Notes: generated from the sequence alone by a model not told the origin. A stretch of DNA of 61,625 nt from Klebsiella pneumoniae (GCA_945860125.1 CAMAPQ010000003.1:1-61625); one strand, 5' to 3'; positions 42,112 to 52,412 are shown, counted from the first letter of the stretch. Program-made: numbers and translations.

Positions 42112-43193
42112 TTTTTTCTATCTCTTATTAAAAACATGTTAAGTTTATTATAAGCATTCCAAAAAAAAACAATTGATTTAAGTAAAATTCCAGCATAAGA
42201 TTTTTTCAGATGAAAAACTATTAACATAATCATTTTTAAATATTTAATGTTCTTTATTTTTATACCTGCTTCAAAAAAACTTATTTGCTCAGGCGTAGGC
42301 TGACCAAACTCTGAAACAAAACTTAATGCAACATAAACGACTCTATGTGGAAATAAATAATAAATTAATTTAACTCTTAATTTATCGTAAACACTAAGAG
42401 ATATACTTTCTGAAACCTCCAGAAAGTGATCCAATGCTAAAACCCAATCAACCATCTGTAATAGTCTTCGATCTCCATCAGCAGAAAACACACCAGGTTC
42501 TCTTAGACGAAAAAAAGCAGTAATATCTGATGTGCAAGCGCATAAACCATAACGCAAAAGTTCTGCCGTAAGCCACACATCGCTATTTATTTTATAATAT
42601 GAAGCACCCAAGCCACCAGTTTTTAAATAGATACTTTTTTTAATTATCGCGCCTGCCATCCAACCTGATGATGTCGTCCAAGGGACAAATAGTTTAAATG
42701 CCTCAGAGAGACTTAATACGCCATGAAATTTATCAGACCTAGTAAAACATCTTCTGTCGCTTAAACTCTCATCATATTGTAAAGAAGCATACAAATTTCC
42801 AAAAGCAAAAACCACCCTATCATCTTTACGAATTAAACTTATCATTTTTTCAATACAATCTGGCGTGATAAGGTCATCAGACGATAAAAAAGCAATATAC
42901 TCACCTTCAGCATAGGAAGCAGCAAAACCAAAACTTTCATTCATTGATAGAAAAGAATTAGTTTTAATTTTTCTTATTTTTGAATGTATTAATGAAGCGA
43001 GAAACTCATCTGTTCCATTCGTACTATGATTATTAGATACAATTACTTCAATATTAGAATAGGTTTGATTTAAGGCACTTTCGATACAGGCTTTTAGATA
43101 GTCTAAATTCTGATTATAAGTTGGTATAACGATACTAACTAACGGCTCAAAGACCGTGTGATTTAACGGTACATGATCATTACTTTCGTCCAT
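42108..43193 (-). CDS. GT2 family glycosyltransferase
   Basis: PLVSIVIPTYN, SALNQTY, GEYIAFLSSDD. Confidence 0.92.
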   Translation of the reverse strand: MDESNDHVPLNHTVFEPLVSIVIPTYNQNLDYLKACIESALNQTYSNIEVIVSNNHSTNGTDEFLASLIHSKIRKIKTNSFLSMNESFGFAASYAEGEYIAFLSSDDLITPDCIEKMISLIRKDDRVVFAFGNLYASLQYDESLSDRRCFTRSDKFHGVLSLSEAFKLFVPWTTSSGWMAGAIIKKSIYLKTGGLGASYYKINSDVWLTAELLRYGLCACTSDITAFFRLREPGVFSADGDRRLLQMVDWVLALDHFLEVSESISLSVYDKLRVKLIYYLFPHRVVYVALSFVSEFGQPTPEQISFFEAGIKIKNIKYLKMIMLIVFHLKKSYAGILLKSIVFFWNAYNKLNMFLIRDRKK

Positions 43194-43264
43194 ATAAATA
43201 ACTCACATAATATAACTGTTTTTAAATATAGTTTTTTGTGTTTAAAATGCAAACACCTCTTTCA

Positions 43265-44746
43265 TTACCCATTGGACTTCATATATCTATAACCAAACAG
43301 CCAGGAAGCACCTACCACTAAAAAAGAAACTCCCGCTAATGTTAAACCAAGCCCGTATCTTGATGAGGGAAAATAACCCCATTGATAAAACAAAAAAGGA
43401 GGAAAAATGCTAATTAAAATCACGACTAACTCTGGCAGCAGACTGATCGCGTACCAACGTCTTGCAACACCGATTAACACTTTTCGGTGAATAGCAAAAA
43501 CTGAAAAAAGAATATACCCAACATTCACCATTAACCAAGCAAAACCTCCGGCCACCAAACCATAAGATAATACGCTCACAATAGACAAAGGCAGAAGAAT
43601 TAAACAAGCAAGCATATTTTGATATAGCGCAAACTTAGGCCAGCCAGCTGCCAAGGTCAGCGCATAAGGGATGTGCATTAATGCATTACAAGCAGCGCCA
43701 ATGGATAACATTATCAATACATAAGGCAAGGCATGAGGATAATTATGATTACCAATATAAATGAATAAAATATCCGAAGGAAAAAAAACTAACATAGCCG
43801 CAAAAGGCATTACAAGACAAGCAACCAATCTAGAACCAATAAGATAGGTATGCGTGAGTGATACAACATCACCCAACGTAAACTGCTGAATCATTTTGGG
43901 TAGCCATGCATTCATGACTAAACCCGCAGGACGGGTTAAAACACTTACCATTGACCAAGCCAGCATATAAAAACCAAATTCTTCCAAAGGTAAAATACGA
44001 CTTAAAACAATTTTATCTAAGCTTGTCAAAAGTAGCGATACAATCGTAACGCCCAACATATCACACGCATATTTTTTAGTGCGATGAAACACAGCAAAAT
44101 CAAATCTTGTTTTGCCTGAAGGGAAGATACGCCACAAAACACAAGCAATGATTAATAAATGCAGCGCAGTTATAAGGGCGTGCCAACTAAAAAAAACAAG
44201 TATCGTTTGATTTTTATCAATCAAGAAAGGAATAGCACCGATAAACCGTAGAGCACTCATGGAGGTATTAATCACATTCATCAAAGGCTGACGCTGCAAA
44301 CCAATAAACCCACCGGTATAAAAAGAAATAGGCAACTGAAAAAATAATTGCACAGCCATCAGTTGTAATGATTGCTCAACAAGCTTTATAGGCAATTGTT
44401 GTATTTTTAACCAAGAAGTCGCAAGCAGAGGAATACTAAAAAAAGCAGGGATAAAACAAAAAATCGCAAAACCAATATAAATCACTTCCAGCGTTCTAAG
44501 GGTTGTACGTACCTGTTTTTTTCCCTCATCAGTTGCTGTTTGTCCTGCAATCTCTCTTGTTAAAGCCGGCGTTAGCCCCATATCAAAAATTAAAGTAATA
44601 CCTGCTAAAGTTGCAAAAACCCCGATTAGCCCAAAACCATCAGGGCCAAGATAATGTAGATAAACAGGCATAATCACAATCTGTATAATTGCAGTTATGC
44701 TGCTACCTAGAAGGTTACTTAGAAAGTTAGTTTTAAGAGAGGTCAT
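43265..44746 (-). CDS. wzx: Wzx-like oligosaccharide flippase
   Basis: multi-TM, LGPDGFGLIG, DMGL..ALTREIA, DKIVLSRILPLEEFGFY. Confidence 0.85.
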   Translation of the reverse strand: MTSLKTNFLSNLLGSSITAIIQIVIMPVYLHYLGPDGFGLIGVFATLAGITLIFDMGLTPALTREIAGQTATDEGKKQVRTTLRTLEVIYIGFAIFCFIPAFFSIPLLATSWLKIQQLPIKLVEQSLQLMAVQLFFQLPISFYTGGFIGLQRQPLMNVINTSMSALRFIGAIPFLIDKNQTILVFFSWHALITALHLLIIACVLWRIFPSGKTRFDFAVFHRTKKYACDMLGVTIVSLLLTSLDKIVLSRILPLEEFGFYMLAWSMVSVLTRPAGLVMNAWLPKMIQQFTLGDVVSLTHTYLIGSRLVACLVMPFAAMLVFFPSDILFIYIGNHNYPHALPYVLIMLSIGAACNALMHIPYALTLAAGWPKFALYQNMLACLILLPLSIVSVLSYGLVAGGFAWLMVNVGYILFSVFAIHRKVLIGVARRWYAISLLPELVVILISIFPPFLFYQWGYFPSSRYGLGLTLAGVSFLVVGASWLFGYRYMKSNG

Positions 44747-44798
44747 GAAAAAAGCAGCCCATTAATTCTTTGTAGGTAGATTAATTTACCTCTCTTAA

Positions 44799-45893
44799 CT
44801 ATAGGCTGATAACTTCAATATTTTTCAGGTGAGAAAGTTTTATCTGTGAAACAATTTCGCTTAAGTAGTTGGGGTTAGAGACAATAAGCAAGTCTTTATC
44901 GGATGCCTCACAATAAAAGTCTGCTTTATCTTTAATTGAAATGCGAGAGCCTGGCAAAAACTTACCTACTTTATGAGGGTTAATATCGATAGCAAAATCA
45001 ATTTTATTTAACAGCCTATTCATTGCAGCACAATGAGCTAAGAACATACAACCCTTAGTTGAAGCACCCCAAATATAGCCACGTCGTTTTTCAGAAAGCA
45101 TGCTATCAATAGTGTTTATCTGATCAACCAAAGAGGGAAATAACTTATAAAAATCAATAAATGCCCAAGCGCCATCCTCATACTCATTGGAAAAATCATC
45201 AGAAAAATCACTTATTTGTGCAATAATATATTGATATTGATCATCAAATAATAATCCTGAACTAATCAATTTATTTGAGAACATCTTGGACAATGCGTCT
45301 TGTGAAAAATAGTTAACATGCTCGTAGGTTATATCAAAAAATGCCTGATTTTTTAAAATCCAATCATAATTAGGTACTTCTATATATATTTTAACTGTAC
45401 CAAATATTATTTTTAATAACCGCAAAAAATCATGCGGCTTAGGAATATGCTCTAAAACGTGCCGAAGAACAATTAAATCTGCTTTTATTCTATCGCTACC
45501 TAATAGATATCGCTTAAAAATATTAGGATTATCACCTTCATATGTCGCATCAAACCCAATCACTTTGAAAAGCTGATTTTCTTCAAGTAAGCTAAAAAAA
45601 TCACCTTTACCACAACCCACCTCAACGACTGTTGCCCCACAAGAAATATTTTTTTTAAGCAACTCTAAAACGCATCGCATATGATATTGAAACTGGGGAG
45701 AAAAAGCCTGACTATTCTGGTAGTTTTCATCATACATTCCTATTGTCGACTCAAAAGCTGAGTTCTCAACAAAATTTAACACGCTATTCTTTCTTAAAAG
45801 CAATTTCCCAAAAATCTCTTGCTCATTTAAAGATAATAAAGGCCGGTTAGGCACAGCAGGTATTGATAATATAGAGGGTGAAAGACTAAGCAT
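44799..45893 (-). CDS. SAM-dependent methyltransferase, sugar C-methyltransferase-like
   Basis: VEVGCGKG, RHVLEHI, YEHVNYFS, WGASTKG, DINPHKVG. Confidence 0.85.
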   Translation of the reverse strand: MLSLSPSILSIPAVPNRPLLSLNEQEIFGKLLLRKNSVLNFVENSAFESTIGMYDENYQNSQAFSPQFQYHMRCVLELLKKNISCGATVVEVGCGKGDFFSLLEENQLFKVIGFDATYEGDNPNIFKRYLLGSDRIKADLIVLRHVLEHIPKPHDFLRLLKIIFGTVKIYIEVPNYDWILKNQAFFDITYEHVNYFSQDALSKMFSNKLISSGLLFDDQYQYIIAQISDFSDDFSNEYEDGAWAFIDFYKLFPSLVDQINTIDSMLSEKRRGYIWGASTKGCMFLAHCAAMNRLLNKIDFAIDINPHKVGKFLPGSRISIKDKADFYCEASDKDLLIVSNPNYLSEIVSQIKLSHLKNIEVISL

Positions 45894-45934
45894 GCGGATG
45901 CTCCCTATGCTAATTCAATTTTCAAAAAAATAAG

Positions 45935-46777
45935 CTATTTACCCCAAAATGCCATAGGCTCATAATCAGAATAAGGTAATGAACCAAGGTTTATTTTTAT
46001 ATTTGATTTTCGTTCTTTTATTCTTTGTTCTACAAGCCGTCTCACTGAAATAGGGCTACCACTACATACATTAAAATTACCTTCTTTTTTTGATTCAAAA
46101 ATTTCAACAAGCTTTTCAGCGACTGTTTCGACAGGCAAATAATCTCTTAATTGTTCGCCACCGCTCATATCAAATATAGGGTCGCCTCTGTCTATCGCTC
46201 TGTCAAGAGATGCAATAATTGACAGTGAATTCTGACCTCGACCATACATATAAAAAAGCCTTGCCCACTTTAAGTTGAAAGGTATTTCAACCTTAAGATA
46301 AGTGAGATACTGTCTTAGTATATCTTTAGAAAAAGCATAAGGATTAGCAGGCTGGGTAATTGTATTCGCCGGTATTGGGCCATACTGAAAGCCATATTCA
46401 AAACATGTACCCGTTACGAGAATATTATTAACACCTTTATAAATGAGTGATTTAATAAACTCATAATTTTTAGGTAGATTTTCTTCAAAATGAAATAATG
46501 ACTTATAATTAGGCAATCCCTGCCACGCAAGATGAATAAGGGCGACGCCTTTATTTAATTTAAAATCTATTTTATCGTTATGTATATCTAAAGAAACAAA
46601 TGAAACAGAAGAATACCAATCAAAAAATCTTGCTTTATTTTCATCTCTTGCAATTGCAATGACTTCAATATTTTTCTCAAGAAGCAGAGGTATAATATGC
46701 TGACCAATAAAGCCTGTTGCACCTGTAACGATAACCTGCTTCATATCATCTTGAAAATTAAATATATCAGGCACCAT
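45935..46777 (-). CDS. NAD-dependent epimerase/reductase (NDP-4-keto-sugar reductase-like)
   Basis: VTGATGFIG, HLAW, GTCFEYG, YAFSK, GGEQLRDY; start 46777 or 46744. Confidence 0.9.
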   Translation of the reverse strand: MVPDIFNFQDDMKQVIVTGATGFIGQHIIPLLLEKNIEVIAIARDENKARFFDWYSSVSFVSLDIHNDKIDFKLNKGVALIHLAWQGLPNYKSLFHFEENLPKNYEFIKSLIYKGVNNILVTGTCFEYGFQYGPIPANTITQPANPYAFSKDILRQYLTYLKVEIPFNLKWARLFYMYGRGQNSLSIIASLDRAIDRGDPIFDMSGGEQLRDYLPVETVAEKLVEIFESKKEGNFNVCSGSPISVRRLVEQRIKERKSNIKINLGSLPYSDYEPMAFWGK

Positions 46778-46780
46778 ATC

Positions 46781-46908
46781 TATACCCTTCGTACTTGAAA
46801 ACACGGCATTGTTGGCTACGCTCACTCACCCCAATAACAAAGTTTATCTATGCTCATGGGATTTCCTCCCTTGCCGCCTCCCCGGTGATTCCAATTACTT
46901 TGGGTATA
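46781..46908 (-). repeat. ERIC-like repeat, copy 6
   Basis: reverse-complement copy, somewhat diverged. Confidence 0.88.
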
Positions 46909-47079
46909 TTCCATATCTATTCCGGAGTAACAACAAAACCTGCGCCTTATAATTTATTTACTATAGACTAATAACCACATCTCGCTTAAGAGCGCTTGCT
47001 TTTATTTTTTTAGCTATTATATATAATCAATAATATTGATCTGTTTTCAATATCATTTAAGACTTAAGAGATATTTTGA

Positions 47080-47745
47080 ATGACGATAAAAAACCCATTA
47101 CGCCTAAGAGCTGGATCAATTAGTAACTTAACCCTATATATTAGCAAGCAATTAAATAGCCTGTTCCCGGCTGAAGGTTTAGATTGTGATATAGAGGAAC
47201 TGGGCCGTATTATTAATATAGCACTTGAAAGAATGCGCCCTATTCTTGAAGCCGTCCGCGCTTTTGAAGAAAATGCCTTTGATCATTTTAATACTTTGCA
47301 ATACTCTACTTTTCTTTATCTCGTCTCAAATGAATATTGGCAATTAACTCAGAAAACAGAGCTCTCTGAGCGAATTTTTTGCTTAAATCGTGCATTAAAC
47401 TCTATAGAGTTATTTTACTGTGTAAATATGCCGGAAATCTTTCTTTTAGCACATGGATTAGGCTCTGTTCTTGTTAATACTCACTATGGAAATAAATTAG
47501 TCATATTTCAAAACGTGTCTGTTGGAAGGGTTGGCGATGAAAAACCATTTATTTCAGAGAACGTTATCTTATTTCCAGGATCAATTATTTCTGGCAACAC
47601 ACTGATTGGTAAAAATAGCGTGGTAGGTGCAGGCGTTGTATTGCATAACTTTGAATTACCCGATAACACTATGGCTATTAGAAACGCCGAAGGCTTTGTT
47701 TTAAAGCCACGAAAACGTGATTTTAGCGCCCTTTACTTTAAATAA
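47080..47745 (+). CDS. hexapeptide-repeat (CysE-like) acyltransferase
   Basis: LAHGLGSVL, IFQNVSVG, PFISENVILFPGSIISG, IGKNSVVGAG left-handed beta-helix. Confidence 0.8.
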   Translation: MTIKNPLRLRAGSISNLTLYISKQLNSLFPAEGLDCDIEELGRIINIALERMRPILEAVRAFEENAFDHFNTLQYSTFLYLVSNEYWQLTQKTELSERIFCLNRALNSIELFYCVNMPEIFLLAHGLGSVLVNTHYGNKLVIFQNVSVGRVGDEKPFISENVILFPGSIISGNTLIGKNSVVGAGVVLHNFELPDNTMAIRNAEGFVLKPRKRDFSALYFK

Positions 47746-47747
47746 TC

Positions 47748-48974
47748 CTATTCTATTTTTAATGCAGGAATGGCCGTTACAAAATGCCCACCCCATTCTT
47801 TTATAAAAGAGAGTTGACGCATCACTTCATCACTTAAATTCCACGGGAAAATAATAATATAATCTGGCTTTTCTTTTAATAGCCTCTCTTGTGAAACAAT
47901 TTTAATGCGACTTCCTGGCATATATTTTCCTTGCTTCGCAGGGTTGCGATCCACAATAAAATCAATTAAATCAGTGCGAATACCTGCAAAATTTAACAAA
48001 GTATTCCCTTTCGCTGCCGCACCATAACCCACTACTTTTTTATTTTCTTTTTTTGCTTTAAGTAAAAAAAACAGAAAATCATTTTTAAGTTTTTCAACAC
48101 TTTGCTGAAACTCACTATAGTAGACAAGATTTTGCATCCCTAGCTCTTTTTCAACGATCAGTAATTTAGATACATTGATACTTTGTAACTTTTTACCTTC
48201 ATGCTGCTTTTGTGCAAAAACACGCAAGCTACCACCATGTGTTGGTAATAATTCAACATCAAAAATAGCCAACCCATTCTTATTAAAGATGGCATTAACT
48301 GTTGTGAATGATAGATACGAAAAATGCTCATGATAAATCGTATCAAACTGTTTTCCTGCCTTTAACGCCATTAAATGAGGAAACTCAAAAGTAGCCACCC
48401 CTTCTGGCTTTAATAAAGCTGAAAAACCCCGCACAAAATCATTAATATCCGGAACATGCGCTAAAACATTATTAGCAATCATTAAATTGGCCTTACCTTC
48501 TTCTATTACTAATTTTTCAGCTAGTTTTGAACCAAAAAAAGCCTCTATTATAGGTATATTTTTTAATCTAGCAGCGACAGCGGTACTTGCAGTAGGTTCT
48601 ATGCCTAAGCAAGGAATATGATGGGATACAAAATACTGTAATAAATAGCCGTCATTGGCAGCAACTTCAATTACTTTACTTTCTTTATTTAAACTAAAAC
48701 GTACCATCATTTGCTGTACATAGTCTTCTGCATGCTTTAACCAAGTTGTTGAAAAACCGCTAAAATAAGCATAGTCCGCGTTAAAAAACGCCTCTGGTTC
48801 AGCAAAGTCTTCGGTTTGAACAAGCCAACAAAACTCACACACTAAAATACGAAGCGGGAACCACTTTTCAGGGCTATTAAGATTTTCTTGGGTTAAATAA
48901 CTATTAGAAGGGGGCGCTGTACCTAAATCTAAAAAAATATGTCTTAATAGTGTGTGACAGTGCCGACACTTCAT
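47748..48974 (-). CDS. NDP-hexose C3-methyltransferase (TylC3/EryBIII-like)
   Basis: CRHC/CEFC zinc site, EVAANDGYLL, NNVLAHVPD, FDTIYHEH, THGGSLR, YGAAAKGNT. Confidence 0.9.
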   Translation of the reverse strand: MKCRHCHTLLRHIFLDLGTAPPSNSYLTQENLNSPEKWFPLRILVCEFCWLVQTEDFAEPEAFFNADYAYFSGFSTTWLKHAEDYVQQMMVRFSLNKESKVIEVAANDGYLLQYFVSHHIPCLGIEPTASTAVAARLKNIPIIEAFFGSKLAEKLVIEEGKANLMIANNVLAHVPDINDFVRGFSALLKPEGVATFEFPHLMALKAGKQFDTIYHEHFSYLSFTTVNAIFNKNGLAIFDVELLPTHGGSLRVFAQKQHEGKKLQSINVSKLLIVEKELGMQNLVYYSEFQQSVEKLKNDFLFFLLKAKKENKKVVGYGAAAKGNTLLNFAGIRTDLIDFIVDRNPAKQGKYMPGSRIKIVSQERLLKEKPDYIIIFPWNLSDEVMRQLSFIKEWGGHFVTAIPALKIE

Positions 48975-49534
48975 ATCAAAAGCCCTTTAAATGTCTCTAA
49001 AAGAAAAGGATGCAATTGATCCCTTTTGGAAATACAGGTTGTTTCACAAGGCCAAGCAATACCTAATTTTGAATCCTGATAATGTAATCCCGCTTCTGCA
49101 TGAGGCGCATAAAATGCCGAATGACAATATATAAGATGACAATCATCGGTTAACGTTTGAAATCCATGGGCAAAACCTTCAGGGATTAACAGACTATGAT
49201 TATTATCTGCCGATAAAATTTCTGCATGCCACTGTAAAAAAGTAGCCGAATTCTTACGCAAATCTACCACCACATCAAAAATCTTACCCACAAGACAACT
49301 TACTATTTTTATTTCACTATGAGGAGGAAGTTGAAAATGTAAGCCCCTAATACTCCCTGCCTGATAAGTGTGAGTATGATTAATTTGAACAATGTGTTTT
49401 TCAATATTGAATATAGAAGCTAATTCTTCTGCACAAAATAAACGCGATAAAAAACCACGCTCATCTTTCAGGCATTCTCGCTTAATTAATTTCAACCCAG
49501 CTAAGGGCGTATCTTTCATCACAAAACGCTTCAC
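48971..49534 (-). CDS. rfbC: NDP-4-keto-6-deoxyhexose 3,5-epimerase (RmlC family)
   Basis: DERGF, RGLHFQ, DVVVDLR, IPEGFAHGFQTL. Confidence 0.92.
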   Translation of the reverse strand: MKRFVMKDTPLAGLKLIKRECLKDERGFLSRLFCAEELASIFNIEKHIVQINHTHTYQAGSIRGLHFQLPPHSEIKIVSCLVGKIFDVVVDLRKNSATFLQWHAEILSADNNHSLLIPEGFAHGFQTLTDDCHLIYCHSAFYAPHAEAGLHYQDSKLGIAWPCETTCISKRDQLHPFLLETFKGLLI

Positions 49535-49555
49535 CTATCCACTCCTACTTTTTCA

Positions 49556-49658
49556 TAGGACTTACGCAAAATCGCCCAGCTTTGTTGTCCTGCCTAGCCG
49601 TACAGCGTGTACTGTCTTCGTCAGGACGCCTTGCTGGAACAATTCTGCGTAAGCCCTA
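49556..49658 (-). repeat. family B element, copy 4 (overlaps the rfbG 3' end)
   Basis: reverse copy of 16869-16971. Confidence 0.9.
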
Positions 49659-50709
49659 TTTCATATTGGTGGATTTGCTCAAGACTTATTTCACGCATCT
49701 GCTTGTTTTGTAACCAGGCATGATACCACTCGGCTGTTTTATGTAAGGCTTCATCAATAGACCATTTGCAAAACCAGTTAAGACGTTCACGTGCTTTATG
49801 GCTATCTAATTTTAAATAACATGCCTCATGTAATTGCGGGGATAAATCACAATTCCATTTTGCCTGAGGGAAAGCAGCAGCAAGCGTATGAAGTACTTTT
49901 TCAACAGAACAAGCCGCCTCTGAAGAAGGACCAAAATTCCATCCTTCTGCAAAACTTTCCCCTGCTGTATAAAGTTTTTCTGCCAGTGTTAAATAACCGG
50001 ATAACGGCTCCAAAACATGTTGCCAAGGGCGAATGGCTTTGGGAAAACGTATGCACAAAGGCTCTTTTTTTTCCAGCGCACGCATAAAATCAGGAATTAA
50101 ACGATGCGGCGCCCAATCTCCTCCACCTATAACATTACCCGCCCGTGCACTAGCAACTGAGATACCTTTTGCCGAAAAAAAAGATTGCCGATAAGAAGCG
50201 GTAATAAGTTCAGAGCAAGCTTTGCTGCTTGAGTAAGGATCAAACCCACCCATAGGCTCCTCTTCGCGATAAGGCCATATCCATTCTTTATTCTCATAGC
50301 ATTTATCGGTTGTCACGTTGAGAATCACACGTACGCTGCGTACCTTGCGCACTGCCTCAAAAAGATTAACGGTTCCCATCACATTTGTTTCATACGTTTC
50401 GATAGGTAGCTCATAAGCAGTTTTTACTAAAGCTTGTGCGGCAAGATGCAATACAATTTCAGGCCGAGCAAAACTCAAAGCCTCAACTAATTGAACTTTA
50501 TTTCTTATATCGCCAATTGTATGTTCTTTGAGATCGTCAATAACGTTACATAAAGTAAAAAAATTAGGCGTGGTTGGAGCAGTAAGTGAGTAGCCATAAA
50601 CATCCGCACCAAGCTGTTTTAACCAAAGACTAAGCCATGCGCCTTTAAAACCAGTGTGCCCTGTTAAAAAAACACGTTTGCCTTTCCAAAAAGAATTATC
50701 TAGGACCAT
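49621..50709 (-). CDS. rfbG: CDP-glucose 4,6-dehydratase
   Basis: FWKGKRVFLTGHTGFKGAW, HLAAQ, TTDKCY, DPYSSSK, RAGNVIGGGDW, RPWQHVLEPL. Confidence 0.97.
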   Translation of the reverse strand: MVLDNSFWKGKRVFLTGHTGFKGAWLSLWLKQLGADVYGYSLTAPTTPNFFTLCNVIDDLKEHTIGDIRNKVQLVEALSFARPEIVLHLAAQALVKTAYELPIETYETNVMGTVNLFEAVRKVRSVRVILNVTTDKCYENKEWIWPYREEEPMGGFDPYSSSKACSELITASYRQSFFSAKGISVASARAGNVIGGGDWAPHRLIPDFMRALEKKEPLCIRFPKAIRPWQHVLEPLSGYLTLAEKLYTAGESFAEGWNFGPSSEAACSVEKVLHTLAAAFPQAKWNCDLSPQLHEACYLKLDSHKARERLNWFCKWSIDEALHKTAEWYHAWLQNKQMREISLEQIHQYEIGLTQNCSSKAS

Positions 50710-51473
50710 AATTTCCAAGGTGCTTTCCCTACCGACCATAGTTCTTCTAAAAATTTTTTATCTCTTAAGGTATCCATCGCATGCCAAAAACCTGCATGTT
50801 CAAAAGCAATTAATTCATTCTTTTCGGCTAATTGTGTAAGAGGCTCCGTTTCCCAACTCGTGTGATCCCCTTCGATATAACGCAGGCAATCAGGGCTTAA
50901 AATAAAAAATCCGCCATTAATCCAGCCCCCATCCCCTCTTGGCTTTTCAATAAAGCCTGTCACTTTTTGGCCACTTAAAAGTAAAGAGCCATAACGGCCA
51001 GCGGGTTGTACCGCTGTAACGGTCGCAAGCTTACCATGCTGCCGATGATGGTTAATTTGAGCTTGCATATCTATATTAGAAAGGCCATCCCCATAAGTAA
51101 AAAAAAAGAATTCTTCATTCTTTATATATTCACTGACACGTTTTAATCTGCCGCCTGTTAATGTATTTTCGCCCGTATCGACTAAAGTTACTTTCCAAGG
51201 CTCAGCATGCTTATGATGAACTTCCATTTCATTCGTTGTCATATCAAAAGTAACGTCAGACATATGTAAAAAATAGTTGGCAAAGTATTCTTTAATGACA
51301 ATACCTTTATAACCACAACACACAATAAAATGATTTACGCCATAAAAAGAATATAGCTTTAAGATATGCCATAAAATCGGCTTACCCCCTATTTCAATCA
51401 TAGGTTTTGGCTTGGTATGGGTTTCTTCAGAAATTCTCGTACCTAAACCACCCGCTAAAATAACCGCTTTCAT
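50700..51473 (-). CDS. rfbF: glucose-1-phosphate cytidylyltransferase
   Basis: ILAGGLGTRISEET, KEYFANY, DTGENTLTGGR, TYGDG, MDTLRD. Confidence 0.97.
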   Translation of the reverse strand: MKAVILAGGLGTRISEETHTKPKPMIEIGGKPILWHILKLYSFYGVNHFIVCCGYKGIVIKEYFANYFLHMSDVTFDMTTNEMEVHHKHAEPWKVTLVDTGENTLTGGRLKRVSEYIKNEEFFFFTYGDGLSNIDMQAQINHHRQHGKLATVTAVQPAGRYGSLLLSGQKVTGFIEKPRGDGGWINGGFFILSPDCLRYIEGDHTSWETEPLTQLAEKNELIAFEHAGFWHAMDTLRDKKFLEELWSVGKAPWKLWS

Positions 51474-51514
51474 TATTTACTCTCGCAGAGTTTATTTATA
51501 ATAAAAAGTATATA

Positions 51515-52375
51515 TCAAAAATTCTGCTTTCGACTTTGATACATTAATACGGTAATTTGTTCTGAAATAAGCCCCATGAGAAATACCAAAATGGCGGTAA
51601 TAAAAAGCAGTGCACCCATATTGGTAAAACGTTCAGACACGATAAATGTATATAAATAATAACAACATGCTGTAATAAAAAAGAAAGCGCTCACGGGCAT
51701 AAACATTCTTAAAGGCGAATAGAGTGTTGCAATTTTAAAGATGATCAACATAAATTTAAGTCCATCATTCATTAAATTGATGTGGCTTTTTCCTTCTCTT
51801 TTTAAAGCGACAATAGGATGATAAGCAACACTATAACCTGCCCTAAAAAAAGCCATAGTTATGGTAGTAGGATATGAAAATCCGTTAGGGAGCAAATAAA
51901 TAAATTCTTTAAATTTTTCAGCGCGTACTGCTCGAAAACCAGAGGTTAAATCTTTAATCGGTTTTTCAACCAACCACGTTGCAACACGATTATAGATACC
52001 ATTACCCAAACAGCGTAAGCGATTGGCTTGAGAGCTTTTATCTCTTGCACCTACCACCATGTCATAACCTTCATGTAGTTTTTTTAATAAATCAGCGATA
52101 TCTTTTGGCTGATGCTGACCATCCGCATCCATAGTGATCCAGATGTCACCTGTTGCGATACGCGCACCGGATTTAACTGCCGCACCATTTCCTAAGCTAT
52201 AGGGGTGCGTCACAATTTTGACGCCATACTTTAAACAAAGCGCTAAAGTGCCGTCATTAGAACCATCGTTAACGATGATAACTTCAGCCTCGGGATAATT
52301 TTTTTTAAGATCTGGCAAAAGAAGCGCAAGAGAGGCTTCTTCATTTTTTGCCGGGATAATAATTGAAAGTTCCAT
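51515..52375 (-). CDS. GT2 polyprenyl-phosphate glycosyltransferase (DPM1/GtrB-like) with C-terminal TMs
   Basis: IIPAKNEE, NDGSND, MDADGQH, DMVVGAR, DLTSGFR, two C-terminal TMs. Confidence 0.88.
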   Translation of the reverse strand: MELSIIIPAKNEEASLALLLPDLKKNYPEAEVIIVNDGSNDGTLALCLKYGVKIVTHPYSLGNGAAVKSGARIATGDIWITMDADGQHQPKDIADLLKKLHEGYDMVVGARDKSSQANRLRCLGNGIYNRVATWLVEKPIKDLTSGFRAVRAEKFKEFIYLLPNGFSYPTTITMAFFRAGYSVAYHPIVALKREGKSHINLMNDGLKFMLIIFKIATLYSPLRMFMPVSAFFFITACCYYLYTFIVSERFTNMGALLFITAILVFLMGLISEQITVLMYQSRKQNF

Positions 52376-52412
52376 TCTTTTATCTCACGCTGCTGTATAT
52401 TAAAAAATACTA

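Noticed and set aside
49392-49652. ORFs at 49392, 52243, 59481 and 59573
   Set aside because: Read-through of family B repeats or antisense to real genes
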